The notes below the pieces were generated by a model. That model ran no database searches. It was not told the origin of the DNA and saw nothing but the letters and a program-made list of their open reading frames with translations. 64,000 nt of DNA from Bdellovibrionota bacterium (lineage in GTDB: Bacteria; Bdellovibrionota; UBA1018; CAIPTA01; JAALKR01), in the NCBI GenBank assembly GCA_965207455.1, contig CBDBMJ010000001.1:512001-576000 (forward strand), written 5' to 3'. Each line of letters starts with the position of its first letter. The stretch's first letter is position 1. This document shows, in pieces, positions 1 through 9,725 of the stretch. A program made the translations under genes and the position numbers.

Positions 1-71
1 GCAGGTGTATAGGAGCTTACTTTCATGGTTTTTTTATACAATAGTTATAATGGATTGTCAATTTATAGCTC

Positions 72-1241
72 TTAGGTACTAGATGAACGAATCTTGAAAA
101 TTTTGGCTAAGAAAACAGCGAGCAGGACACCGCTGACACTAAGAAGAGCTCCCATTTTAGCGGATCCCTGAAGAGTGGGATTTTCAAATGCCACTCCAGC
201 CATGAAAAGGGCCACCGTTAAACCCACACTGGCAATAGCTCCCACCACCACTAAGTCTTTCCCGTTCATGCCTTTTGGCAAGGGGTAGCCCAGTTTTATT
301 CCCAATAATCCAAACCCAAATATACCAATGGTTTTTCCCAACAAGAGAGAAAGTAAAATATACCAAGTTACATCATCTACTCCTGTTAATAAAACGCCAG
401 CATTGGCTAAACCAAATGAGAAAAGACCGAAATCCACGAAGACTTTAAATTGGTGTTCAAAATTTTCTAGGGCGGAGTGGGAGTCTATTTTTTCCTCAAA
501 TAGGTGACCAGGTTGGCGCGTTTTATATGGCATAAAAGGTACTACAGTTATAAGGGCTAGGGCAGGGTGTATTCCAGCCTTGAACAAACCAAACCAAGAA
601 CATAGACCAGCGGTGAATAAATATACCCAAAAATTTTTCACCTTTTGCTTTCGTAAAGACCAGGCAAGGATCATGGAAAAAAGAACCAGCAGTAGCCATA
701 AAGGGGCAGGTGGGTGATCGGGGGTGGGGTAAACGATGGCAATAATAGCTAAACCAATGGCATCGTCGGCAATGGCAAGCAAGAGTAGAAAGGCTACTGC
801 TGGATGGTTCTTTCCAAATATAAATCGGGCGATTAACCAAGCTAGGGCAATGTCTGTAGCTGTGGGAATTCCCCAACCACGAATTAAGTGGAGATCTCCA
901 TAGGCAAAACAAAGACCCAAATAGAAAAGGACAGGTACCACTATGCCACCAAACGTGGCAAAGAGGGGACCAATGGCACGTTTGGGGGGGTACAGGTCCC
1001 CTCCGGGCAGCACGCTTTGGGTAATTTCCACGGTGGCAATGCCAAAGAAAAAAACCATAAAAACATTATTTACCAAAAAGGCAAAGTCAATGGAGTTTTC
1101 AAATGGAGTGAGGGGATAGCGAAGAAATTCTCCATAGGAGTTATAATCTAGGTTTGCCCAAAGGAGTGACGCTAAGACTCCCATAACTAATGGAATAGAA
1201 AATTCCTGCAATAGCTCTACTGTATTTTTATTGCGCTTCAT
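72..1241 (-). CDS. nhaA: Na+/H+ antiporter NhaA
   Basis: 389 aa polytopic membrane protein with GWGIPTATDIA and LAIADD motifs and a C-terminal VGLTVALF..AF..AKMG segment. Confidence 0.92.
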   Translation of the reverse strand: MKRNKNTVELLQEFSIPLVMGVLASLLWANLDYNSYGEFLRYPLTPFENSIDFAFLVNNVFMVFFFGIATVEITQSVLPGGDLYPPKRAIGPLFATFGGIVVPVLFYLGLCFAYGDLHLIRGWGIPTATDIALAWLIARFIFGKNHPAVAFLLLLAIADDAIGLAIIAIVYPTPDHPPAPLWLLLVLFSMILAWSLRKQKVKNFWVYLFTAGLCSWFGLFKAGIHPALALITVVPFMPYKTRQPGHLFEEKIDSHSALENFEHQFKVFVDFGLFSFGLANAGVLLTGVDDVTWYILLSLLLGKTIGIFGFGLLGIKLGYPLPKGMNGKDLVVVGAIASVGLTVALFMAGVAFENPTLQGSAKMGALLSVSGVLLAVFLAKIFKIRSSST

Positions 1242-1287
1242 TCTTTCTATCTTTGCATATTCAAAAACTGAATGAAAGTCCTAGTTT

Positions 1288-4200
1288 TTAATAGTTGATG
1301 GGGTTTTTTGTAACTCTGATTACAGCTTCAGCAGAAAAACTCGAATTAGCTCCGCCGCTAAGTTTATCGTTACTACTATCCACAGCCCCGAATTGTCCGT
1401 GTTCATTGCTTCCCCAGCACCTTATATCATTCGCAAAAAGTGCTGGGTATGTTACTTTACGTTTTAGCTGAAACACACAGGAGTGATTCCCGCCTAAAGA
1501 AACTTCAGATATTTTCTCAGGATATGATGTGAGATATAAAGCTGGAGAAGGAACGTTCTGAGGGTTTGCAGTTTGAGTAGTTCCAGTTACTCCCAACTGA
1601 TAACTTCCGTTTGCGCCCCAGCATTTCACTTCAGGTTGATCACCTGTGCCAGAAATGGTACAGGAATGTTTAGAACCTGCCGCTATTTTTGCTACATTGG
1701 TGAAATTGGAAATATTCCCAAGTTGTTGATTTGTATTTAATCCCCAGCATTCAACCGTGCCATCTTCTTCTTCAGCGGTATTTGGATCGTCCGTAAAGAT
1801 AGCGCAGTTATGATTATCTCCAACAGAGAGTTGTTTTACATTTGTGCGTTCTGCAAGTTTATTATCTGAATCTTCTCCCCAGCATCTTACGGCTCCGGTT
1901 CCCAGAAGAACGCAGGTATGCATTGAGCCAGCAAAAATTTCATCCACACTTGTGCCGCTTATATCATTTAAAACTGTGGTTGGGGTTGCAATATAACTAT
2001 CGCTATCGGATTGAGTACCAAGCCTAGCACTTGTTCCTGCTCCCCAACAGCTAACTGTATTATCATTTAAAATAGCGCAGGTATGTTCGTGCCCCACTGC
2101 TATTTTTTTTACATTAGTAAGGAAGTCATCAGTTCCTGTTCCACTTTTTACTTGAACAGCAATAGTATTCATTGTGGTGGAGTTATTTCCAAGCTGTCCA
2201 TTATCATTTAGCCCCCAACAATAGGCGGTGCCATCGGATATGGTGGAACAGGTATGATTTTTGCCTACAGAAAAATGTTTTATATCAGAGAGGAAGTCAT
2301 CAGTTCCTGTTCCATTTTTTACTTTTACTGGAATAATACTATTTGTGGTAGAGTTGTTTCCAAGTTGTCCATTATCATTTAGCCCCCAACAATAGGCTTC
2401 TCCTTTATTAGTAGTTGAGCAGGTATATTCATTCCCAGCATAAAGCTGTTGGAGACCATCTCTGAGTACATAGTTAACACCTTGATTAAGGCAAGGAAGT
2501 GGAGTTCCATTGTATGTTTGTATGGTGGAAAACGAATAGGTTTGGACATTTGGAAGAGGGTCAATAATTCTCGGAGTCATACTTTTTGCATCAATATTTA
2601 CGGATAAAATTTTATTGGTGCAAGTTGTATCAGAATAAACAGAAATTGTTTCTCCAATTGTCAGATAGTTCAAAGAAAATCGAGGTCTAGTATCTGTTGA
2701 AGTTGAATTTCCGTTTATAAGTAATTGAGAATAAAGTTGATACTCTACCCTGTTTGAGCAATCATTGGAAATATTTCCTGCCAGATCCCGCTGTCTTGCG
2801 AAGAATGTATGGATAGCAATATTATTTGGGGAGACTGCATAAATGGAAAGAGTATTAGTATTCGGATTGAAGGGAGGGTTCGTTAAAAAAGTACTGCTGC
2901 TACAATCAGGAATATCACCGGGCATTAGTGGAGATCGGCTGGAATGGTATATGGATACGATGGCTCCAGGTTCTATATCTTCAGCGAGATAAAGAAGAGT
3001 TGCAGGACTATTTAATTTGGATGACAAATTGCTTAAAACAACAGCATCAGGAGGAATGGTATCCAATGTATAAGTGATTCCTGTATCAGCACAAGCAACT
3101 TCATGTCCTATTCCATCTTTCTGTATTGTGTGGAAATTATAGGTGATGTCGGTAGGTGAGGAGGTTAATAGGGATAATGTGTCTCCATCTGCTAAAGTAT
3201 TTTCTTGACCTGGGATATCTGGAGTTATGTCATTAGCGCAAAGGCTATCAGAGAATATTTTTATTATATCTCCACTTTTTACTCCACTAAGGCTCATTAC
3301 TGGGTTTTGATTTGATATAGATTTGCCTCCACTGACTGTTATGATAACATTAGGAGGAATGGTATCTAAATAATACTCTGTTTTATTAGAGCAAACCGAT
3401 TCATTTCCTATGCTGTCTGTTTGTTTAGCAAAATATACATATATATTATCTTCTTGAATACTTGGAATGGTGATTATATTGCCATTAATGGCAATGCCGC
3501 TTACTTCATTGATTCGACTATCATCACATTGAATACTACTCAATTGCTCTGTAGACGTTATTTCTAATTGATATAATTCAACTGTATTTCCAGCATCCAA
3601 ATTAGAGATTGTAAATTCAGGGGTTCTCTCGTTGTACGTATTGTTTGCGTTTGAATTATTCAGTACCAATCCGAGTGTTCTGGGAAGAATGTTATTTAAT
3701 GTATAGCTGATTCCCGTAGAGTTACATGGGATTTCATTTCCCCATTCATCTATTTTCGTTGTATAAAAGGTATAGAGAGTATTGGTAGTAATAGTTGTTG
3801 ATAATTCTAATGTGTTCTCTCCATTTACTAAAGTATTTTCTTCGCCTGAAATATTTGGAGTTATTTCATTTGTGCAAAGGTTATCAGAGAATATTTTTAT
3901 TATATCGCCTGTTTCTATTCCTTGTGCATTTACGATAGGGTTTTGATTGGATACAGTGAGAGAGTTTTCTTTGAGTGCTATGGTAACAGAAGGAGGTGTG
4001 TTATCTGACTGATATTCTATTGGATCGGAACAAGGAGATTCATTTTCTGCTAGGTCTTTTTGTTTAGCAAAATATATATGGGTTTCATCGATAGTTGCTG
4101 ATGGGATAGTTAATTTATTATCAATGGGAGTAGTGAAGCTTGTTAAAAGAGTGGCATCAGTGCATTGAGGATTGTTTCGTTGTTGCTCTGTGGTTGGGAT

Positions 4201-6066
4201 AAGGTGGTATATGGCAATTTTGCCTTCAGGTTCTAAGTTATTGGTGATGGAAAGTTCAGATATGGGCATAGATGTTGCAGGTAAACTCCCTAGAGTTATT
4301 TTAAGGGGAGGGGTGCGATCTACTTCATAGATTAGTTCTGTGTTAATACAACTAGTTTCATTTAGAAATTTATCGCTGGCTTTCATGTAGAAATTATAGA
4401 TATGATCGGAAGCGGAAACTGTTATGGTGATGGATTTATCCGCTGTGTCTGTTGTTTGTCCTGGTGCTAATGTGCAATTACTTTTTGTGTAAATTTTTAT
4501 TTCATCTCCCGTCTCTATATCATCACCATGAATATATACTTTAAAAGTTACTTCGCTTGATATCTTTTGTTTTTCTTCTGGCGATTGAGGCAGGAGAGTG
4601 GGACTATATGATAGGGAAAAAGAAGGGGGTGTTGTGTCTGGCTGGTATTTGAACGGAGCAGAACAAGAAGATTCATTTTCTGCTTGGTCTTTTTGTTTGG
4701 CAAAATATACATATATCTCATCATCAGGAGTTTCCGAATAAGTAATTATTTTGCCATTACTATCATTGGTGGGAACAATGAAATCCACTACTTGATTAAT
4801 TCGACTATCATCACATTGGATATTATTTATATTTTCTGTTGGGTCTGTTATTTGTAGTTTATATAATGCTACTGTGGCTTCAGTTTCAATATCAGAAATA
4901 GTAAACGTAAACACTCTTTCAGCATTGGGTTCGCTGCCTATTACCGCTTCTCTAAGCTCTAGTGTGGGAGGAGGAGCAGTGCTATCCAATCTATAAGTAA
5001 TGGATGTGCAGGCAGAATCAGTGCCATTTGTATTTCCTTGTTTTGCAGAAAAATAATAATCCACGTATGCTACTGTTGTATTTACTATTACAGATTGACT
5101 TGTAGGCTGAATATTGGGTTCATATTGTTCTCTTATAAGGTTTGATTCATTACAGTTATTTCCAGAATAAAAAGTAATTCTATTTCCTGACGATACGTCA
5201 GAGAATTGAAAGGTAATATTACTCTGATTCGATAAGTAATAACCATTGATGAATTTATTATCTGTTGTTATTATTATTGTGGGCACATTTAGTGTTTCTT
5301 GTGCAAGTGTGTAAGTGATTCCAGCGTCTGTACATGAACCAGCAATGGAGTCTGTAAGTATATAATAGAAATGGTATGGAGTATTGGAATGGGGCAAGTC
5401 GGCTGCTCTTTCGAAAAAAGTTGGCTCACTTTCATAAAATTCTCCTACCAGATTGCCGCAAGTACTATCATGGAAAATTTCTACTCTATCGGAACTGAAG
5501 TTGTTGAGAGTAAATTCTGGTTGAACTGAACCAGAATCGGCAGCTAAGGTTATGGAAAATTCAGTTCCCGATGCATTATTGAGTGTATAAGTAATGCCTG
5601 TGGTTGCGCATGGAGCTTGATTTCCCACTTGGTCACTTTGCTTTGTGTAAAAAGCATAGGTATTGCTTCCGCTTAGTGTGAGAGTGATTTGTCCACTACT
5701 AATAGATTGAATTGGCTTATCCGTACAGCTAGAATCTGTAAAAATTTCTATTACATCTCCTGATTCTATAGTTCCTATAATACTTAGCACGGGAGTGGTA
5801 ATATTGGATGGAGATGAGGTAAGGAGTTGAAAGAAAAGAGAAGGGGCTATCGTGTCTAGTGTATAAGTAATGCCTGTGGTTGCGCATGGAGCTTGATTTC
5901 CCACTTGGTCACTTTGCTTTGTATAAAAAGCAAAGGTCTTGTTTTCGCTTAGTGTGAGAGTGATTCCTCCATTACTGATGGATTGAATTGGCTTATCCGT
6001 ACAGCTAGAATCTGTGAAAATTTCTATTACATCTCCTGATTCTGTAGTTCCTATAATACTTAGCAC
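1288..6066 (-). CDS. C-terminal part of giant surface protein: Cys-paired Ig-like repeats followed by an RCC1/BLIP-II-type beta-propeller
   Basis: ORF begins mid-repeat without a signal peptide; repeated YTLDT..P / YFAKQ.D..GN...C units; last ~390 aa carry AG..HTC / CWG.N..GQLG RCC1 repeats. Confidence 0.85.
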   Translation of the reverse strand: MLSIIGTTESGDVIEIFTDSSCTDKPIQSISNGGITLTLSENKTFAFYTKQSDQVGNQAPCATTGITYTLDTIAPSLFFQLLTSSPSNITTPVLSIIGTIESGDVIEIFTDSSCTDKPIQSISSGQITLTLSGSNTYAFYTKQSDQVGNQAPCATTGITYTLNNASGTEFSITLAADSGSVQPEFTLNNFSSDRVEIFHDSTCGNLVGEFYESEPTFFERAADLPHSNTPYHFYYILTDSIAGSCTDAGITYTLAQETLNVPTIIITTDNKFINGYYLSNQSNITFQFSDVSSGNRITFYSGNNCNESNLIREQYEPNIQPTSQSVIVNTTVAYVDYYFSAKQGNTNGTDSACTSITYRLDSTAPPPTLELREAVIGSEPNAERVFTFTISDIETEATVALYKLQITDPTENINNIQCDDSRINQVVDFIVPTNDSNGKIITYSETPDDEIYVYFAKQKDQAENESSCSAPFKYQPDTTPPSFSLSYSPTLLPQSPEEKQKISSEVTFKVYIHGDDIETGDEIKIYTKSNCTLAPGQTTDTADKSITITVSASDHIYNFYMKASDKFLNETSCINTELIYEVDRTPPLKITLGSLPATSMPISELSITNNLEPEGKIAIYHLIPTTEQQRNNPQCTDATLLTSFTTPIDNKLTIPSATIDETHIYFAKQKDLAENESPCSDPIEYQSDNTPPSVTIALKENSLTVSNQNPIVNAQGIETGDIIKIFSDNLCTNEITPNISGEENTLVNGENTLELSTTITTNTLYTFYTTKIDEWGNEIPCNSTGISYTLNNILPRTLGLVLNNSNANNTYNERTPEFTISNLDAGNTVELYQLEITSTEQLSSIQCDDSRINEVSGIAINGNIITIPSIQEDNIYVYFAKQTDSIGNESVCSNKTEYYLDTIPPNVIITVSGGKSISNQNPVMSLSGVKSGDIIKIFSDSLCANDITPDIPGQENTLADGDTLSLLTSSPTDITYNFHTIQKDGIGHEVACADTGITYTLDTIPPDAVVLSNLSSKLNSPATLLYLAEDIEPGAIVSIYHSSRSPLMPGDIPDCSSSTFLTNPPFNPNTNTLSIYAVSPNNIAIHTFFARQRDLAGNISNDCSNRVEYQLYSQLLINGNSTSTDTRPRFSLNYLTIGETISVYSDTTCTNKILSVNIDAKSMTPRIIDPLPNVQTYSFSTIQTYNGTPLPCLNQGVNYVLRDGLQQLYAGNEYTCSTTNKGEAYCWGLNDNGQLGNNSTTNSIIPVKVKNGTGTDDFLSDIKHFSVGKNHTCSTISDGTAYCWGLNDNGQLGNNSTTMNTIAVQVKSGTGTDDFLTNVKKIAVGHEHTCAILNDNTVSCWGAGTSARLGTQSDSDSYIATPTTVLNDISGTSVDEIFAGSMHTCVLLGTGAVRCWGEDSDNKLAERTNVKQLSVGDNHNCAIFTDDPNTAEEEDGTVECWGLNTNQQLGNISNFTNVAKIAAGSKHSCTISGTGDQPEVKCWGANGSYQLGVTGTTQTANPQNVPSPALYLTSYPEKISEVSLGGNHSCVFQLKRKVTYPALFANDIRCWGSNEHGQFGAVDSSNDKLSGGANSSFSAEAVIRVTKNPINY

Positions 6067-9000
6067 AGGAGTGGTAATATTGGATGGAGATGAGGTCAGG
6101 AGTTGAAAGGAAAGAGAAGGGGCTATCGTGTCCAGTGTATAAGTAATGCCTGTGGTTGCGCATGGAGCTTGGTCATTTTGATTTGTGTAAAAAGCAGGTC
6201 TTGTTTTGTTAGTGTGAGAGTGATTTCTCCATTACTATGGATTGAATTGGCTTATCCGTACAACTGGCATCTGTAAAAATCTCTATTGTAGGTAGCACAG
6301 GACTTGAAATATTGGATGGAGATGAGGTAAGGAGTTGAAAAGAAATATTTGGAGCTATTGTCTAGTGTATAAGTAATGCCTGTGATTGCACATGGAGTTT
6401 CATTTCCTCCTTGGTCAATTTGCTTTGTATAAAAAGTATAGGTCTTGTTTTCGCTTAGTGTGAGAGTGATTTCTCCATTACTGATGGATTGAGTTGGTTT
6501 AACGGTACAAACTGCATCTGTGAAAATTTCTATTGTATCTCCTTGCTCTATGGTGCCCATAGTATTTAGTACAGGACTTACAATATTAGATGGAGATTGG
6601 GTGGCAAGTTGAAAGGAAATATTTGGAGCTATGGTATCCAGTGTATAAGTAATGCCTGTGGTTGCGCATGGACTTTCATTGCCCGCTTGGTCACTTTGCT
6701 TTGTATAAAAAGTGTATGTCTTGCTTTCGCTTAGTGTGAGAGTAATTTCTCCATTACTAATGGATTGAGTTGGTTTAACGGTACAAACTGCATCTGTGAA
6801 AATTTCTATTGTATCTCCTTGCTCTATGGTGCCCATAGTATTTAGTACAGGACTTACAATATTAGATGGAGATTGGGTGGCAAGTTGAAAAGAAATATTT
6901 GGAGCTATCGTGTCCAGTGTATAAGTAATACCTGTGATTGCACATGGAGTTTCATTTCCTCCTTGGTCAATTTGTTTTGTATAAAAAGTATAGGTCTTGT
7001 TTTCAGCTAGTGTGAGAGTGATTTGTCCATTGCTCATGGATTGAACTGGCTCATTATTACATGCACTATCTATGAAAACTCTTATTGTAGTTCCTGATTC
7101 TAAGGTTCCATTAATAGTCAATACAGGATTAGTACTATTGGATGGAGAAGAGGGATTGAGTTGAAAAGAAATATTTTGAGTTCTGTCTAGTGTATAAGTA
7201 ATACCTGTGGTTGCGCATGGAGTTTCATTTCCCAATTGGTCACTTTGCTTTGTATAAAAAGTGTATGTCTTGTCTTCAGTTAGTGTGAGAGTGATTTCTT
7301 CATTACTGATGGATTGGGTTGGCTTATCCGTACAACTAGAATCTGTGAAAATTTCTATTACATCTCCTGATTCTATAGTGCCTATAATACTTAGCACAGG
7401 AGTGGTAATATTGGATGGAGATGAAGTGAGGATCTGAAAGGAAAGAGAAGGGGCTGTGGCGTCCAGTGTATAAGTAATGCCTGTGCTTGCGCATGAAGTT
7501 TCATTTCCCAATTGGTCACTTTGTTTTGTGTAAAAAGTGTATGTCTTGTCTTCAGTTAGTGTGAGAGTGATTTCTCCATTACTAATGGATTGAATGGGCT
7601 TATCCGTACAACTAGAATCTATGAAAATTTCTATTATATCTCCTTGCTCTATGGTGCCCATAGTATTTAGTACAGGACTTACAATATTGGATGGAGATGG
7701 GGTAAGGAGTTGAAAAGAAATATTTGGAGCTATCGTGTCCAGTGTATAAGTAATGTCTGTGGTTGCGCAGGTTTTTTCATTTCCCGCTTGGTCGCTTTGC
7801 TTTGTATAAAAAGTATAGGTCTTGCTTTCGCTTAGTGTGAGAGTGATTTCTCCATTACTGATGGATTGGGTAGGCTTGACGGTACAAATTGCATCTGTGA
7901 AAATTTCTATACTATCTCCTGATTCTATAGTTCCTATAGTATTTAGCACAGGAGTGGTACTATTGGATGGAGATGAAGTAAGGAGCTGAAAGGAAAGAGA
8001 AGGGGCTATGGTGTCCAGTGTATAAGCAATGCTTGTGGTTGCGCAGGTTTTTTCATTTCCCGCTTGGTCACTTTGCTTTGTGTAAAAAGTGTATGTCTTG
8101 TTTTCGCTTAGTGTGAGAGTGATTTCTCCATTACTGATGGATTGAGTTGGTTTAACGGTACAAATTGCATCTGTGAAAATTTCTATTGTATCTCCTGATT
8201 CTATAGTGCCTATAGTATTTAGTACAGGACTTACAATATTGGATGGAGATGGAGTAAGGAGTTGAAAAGAAATATTTGGAGCTATCGTGTCTAGTGTATA
8301 AGTAATGCCTGTGGTTGCACATGGAGTTTCATTTCCTCCTTGGTGAATTTGCTTTGTATAAAAAGTATAAGTCTTGTTTTCAGTTAGTGTGATAGTGATT
8401 TGTCCATTGCTCATGGATTGAACTGGCTCATTATTACATGCACTATCTATGAAAACTCTTATTGTAGTTCCTGATTCTAAGGTTCCATTAATAGTCAGTA
8501 CAGGATTAGTACTATTGGACGGAGAAGAGGAGTTGAGTTGAAAAGAAATATTTTGAGTTCTGTCTAGTGTATAAGTAATACCTGTGGTTTCGCATGGAGT
8601 TTCATTTCCCACCTGGTCACTTTGTTTTGTATAAAAAGTATAGGTCTTGTCTTCAGCTAGTGTGAGAGTGATTTCTCCATTACTAATGGATTGGGTTGGC
8701 TTATCCGTGCAAATTGTATCTGTGAAAATTTCTATTACATCTCCTGATTCTATAGTGCCTATAGTATTTAGCACAGGAGTGGTAATATTAGATGGAGATG
8801 AAGTGAGGATCTGAAAGGAAAGAGAAGGGGCTATGGTGTCCAGTGTATAAGTAATACCTGTGGTTGTGCATGAAGTTTCATTTCCCGCTTGGTCACTTTG
8901 TTTTGTGTAAAAAGTATAGGTCTTGTCTTCAGTTAGTGTGAGAGTGATTTCTCCATTGCTGATAGATTGGGTTGGCTTATCCATGCAAATTGCATCTGTG

Positions 9001-9128
9001 AAAATTTCTATACTATCTCCTGTATCTAAGGTGCCATTAATAGTGAGTATAGGAGTGCGGATATTTGATGGGGTTGAGGAAGCAAATTGTAATGCAAAGG
9101 ATGGAGGACTTGTATCTAATGTATAAGT
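5593..9128. repeat. Intragenic tandem array of 13 units (ten of 276 bp, two of 273 bp, one damaged unit of 230 bp)
   Basis: Anchor gtataag recurs at 5585, 5861, 6137, 6367, 6643, 6919, 7192, 7468, 7744, 8020, 8296, 8569, 8845 and 9121. Confidence 0.95.
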
Positions 9129-9533
9129 AGCTCCTGTGCTAGTACAAATGTCTTGTTCGATATCTTTAACAAAATAGGCGTACGTTCCCTCGGCACTAAT
9201 ATCTAGTCTTATGGTTTGTTCACCTTCAGATGATGAAGTGACAGTGTAGTTTACTGTTGTGCCATTACAGCTATCTAAATATAGCTCTATTGTGGACTCT
9301 GTTCCTATGCCAGAAATTTGCAGGCTAGGGCGTGGATCATTGGATATATTATTTCCAATGATCTTTATGGACAGGGCTTTAATTTCCTCAATGGGAGCAA
9401 CTGCCACGTTTTCTCTAAAACAGCCACTCAGGAGGGAGAGGACGGAAAGGCTGATTAAAAAATAAACCTTATTTTGGCTCGCTTGTCTTAAGGGCGTAGT
9501 GAAATTAAAAAGTTTTCTTATATTTATCATCAT
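6252..9533 (-). CDS. N-terminal part of the same giant surface lipoprotein (lipobox plus ten 91-92 aa Ig-like repeats), frameshifted near 6360
   Basis: Hydrophobic stretch ending LLSG-C; tandem TYTLDT...KQSDQ.GNE..C units; the translation leaves the repeat frame right after the eleventh TYTLD while the DNA repeat continues. Confidence 0.85.
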   Translation of the reverse strand: MMINIRKLFNFTTPLRQASQNKVYFLISLSVLSLLSGCFRENVAVAPIEEIKALSIKIIGNNISNDPRPSLQISGIGTESTIELYLDSCNGTTVNYTVTSSSEGEQTIRLDISAEGTYAYFVKDIEQDICTSTGATYTLDTSPPSFALQFASSTPSNIRTPILTINGTLDTGDSIEIFTDAICMDKPTQSISNGEITLTLTEDKTYTFYTKQSDQAGNETSCTTTGITYTLDTIAPSLSFQILTSSPSNITTPVLNTIGTIESGDVIEIFTDTICTDKPTQSISNGEITLTLAEDKTYTFYTKQSDQVGNETPCETTGITYTLDRTQNISFQLNSSSPSNSTNPVLTINGTLESGTTIRVFIDSACNNEPVQSMSNGQITITLTENKTYTFYTKQIHQGGNETPCATTGITYTLDTIAPNISFQLLTPSPSNIVSPVLNTIGTIESGDTIEIFTDAICTVKPTQSISNGEITLTLSENKTYTFYTKQSDQAGNEKTCATTSIAYTLDTIAPSLSFQLLTSSPSNSTTPVLNTIGTIESGDSIEIFTDAICTVKPTQSISNGEITLTLSESKTYTFYTKQSDQAGNEKTCATTDITYTLDTIAPNISFQLLTPSPSNIVSPVLNTMGTIEQGDIIEIFIDSSCTDKPIQSISNGEITLTLTEDKTYTFYTKQSDQLGNETSCASTGITYTLDATAPSLSFQILTSSPSNITTPVLSIIGTIESGDVIEIFTDSSCTDKPTQSISNEEITLTLTEDKTYTFYTKQSDQLGNETPCATTGITYTLDRTQNISFQLNPSSPSNSTNPVLTINGTLESGTTIRVFIDSACNNEPVQSMSNGQITLTLAENKTYTFYTKQIDQGGNETPCAITGITYTLDTIAPNISFQLATQSPSNIVSPVLNTMGTIEQGDTIEIFTDAVCTVKPTQSISNGEITLTLSESKTYTFYTKQSDQAGNESPCATTGITYTLDTIAPNISFQLATQSPSNIVSPVLNTMGTIEQGDTIEIFTDAVCTVKPTQSISNGEITLTLSENKTYTFYTKQIDQGGNETPCAITGITYTLDNSSKYFFSTPYLISIQYFKSCATYNRDFYRCQLYG

Positions 9534-9725
9534 ATATCGGCATAATTGTTAATTTTTCTTTATAATTCAATGGTATCATCTTTATCGACTCAGTGCTAGA
9601 GTCTTGATGAATAGTAACTAAAATTTATAATTCTAAAAGTACCGATAGCTATATAACTGTGAGCAAGTAAGTTGTAGAGTGTTTTGCGTTTGCTGAGTAG
9701 AGGGTCTTACACGGAAGGGGGTATT

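Noticed and set aside
6137..6367. Programmed frameshift or simple-sequence phase variation
   Set aside because: Many scattered deletions rather than one slippery site or homopolymer tract
1288..9533. Diversity-generating retroelement target or template
   Set aside because: No reverse transcriptase in the window, and differences among repeats are not adenine-specific
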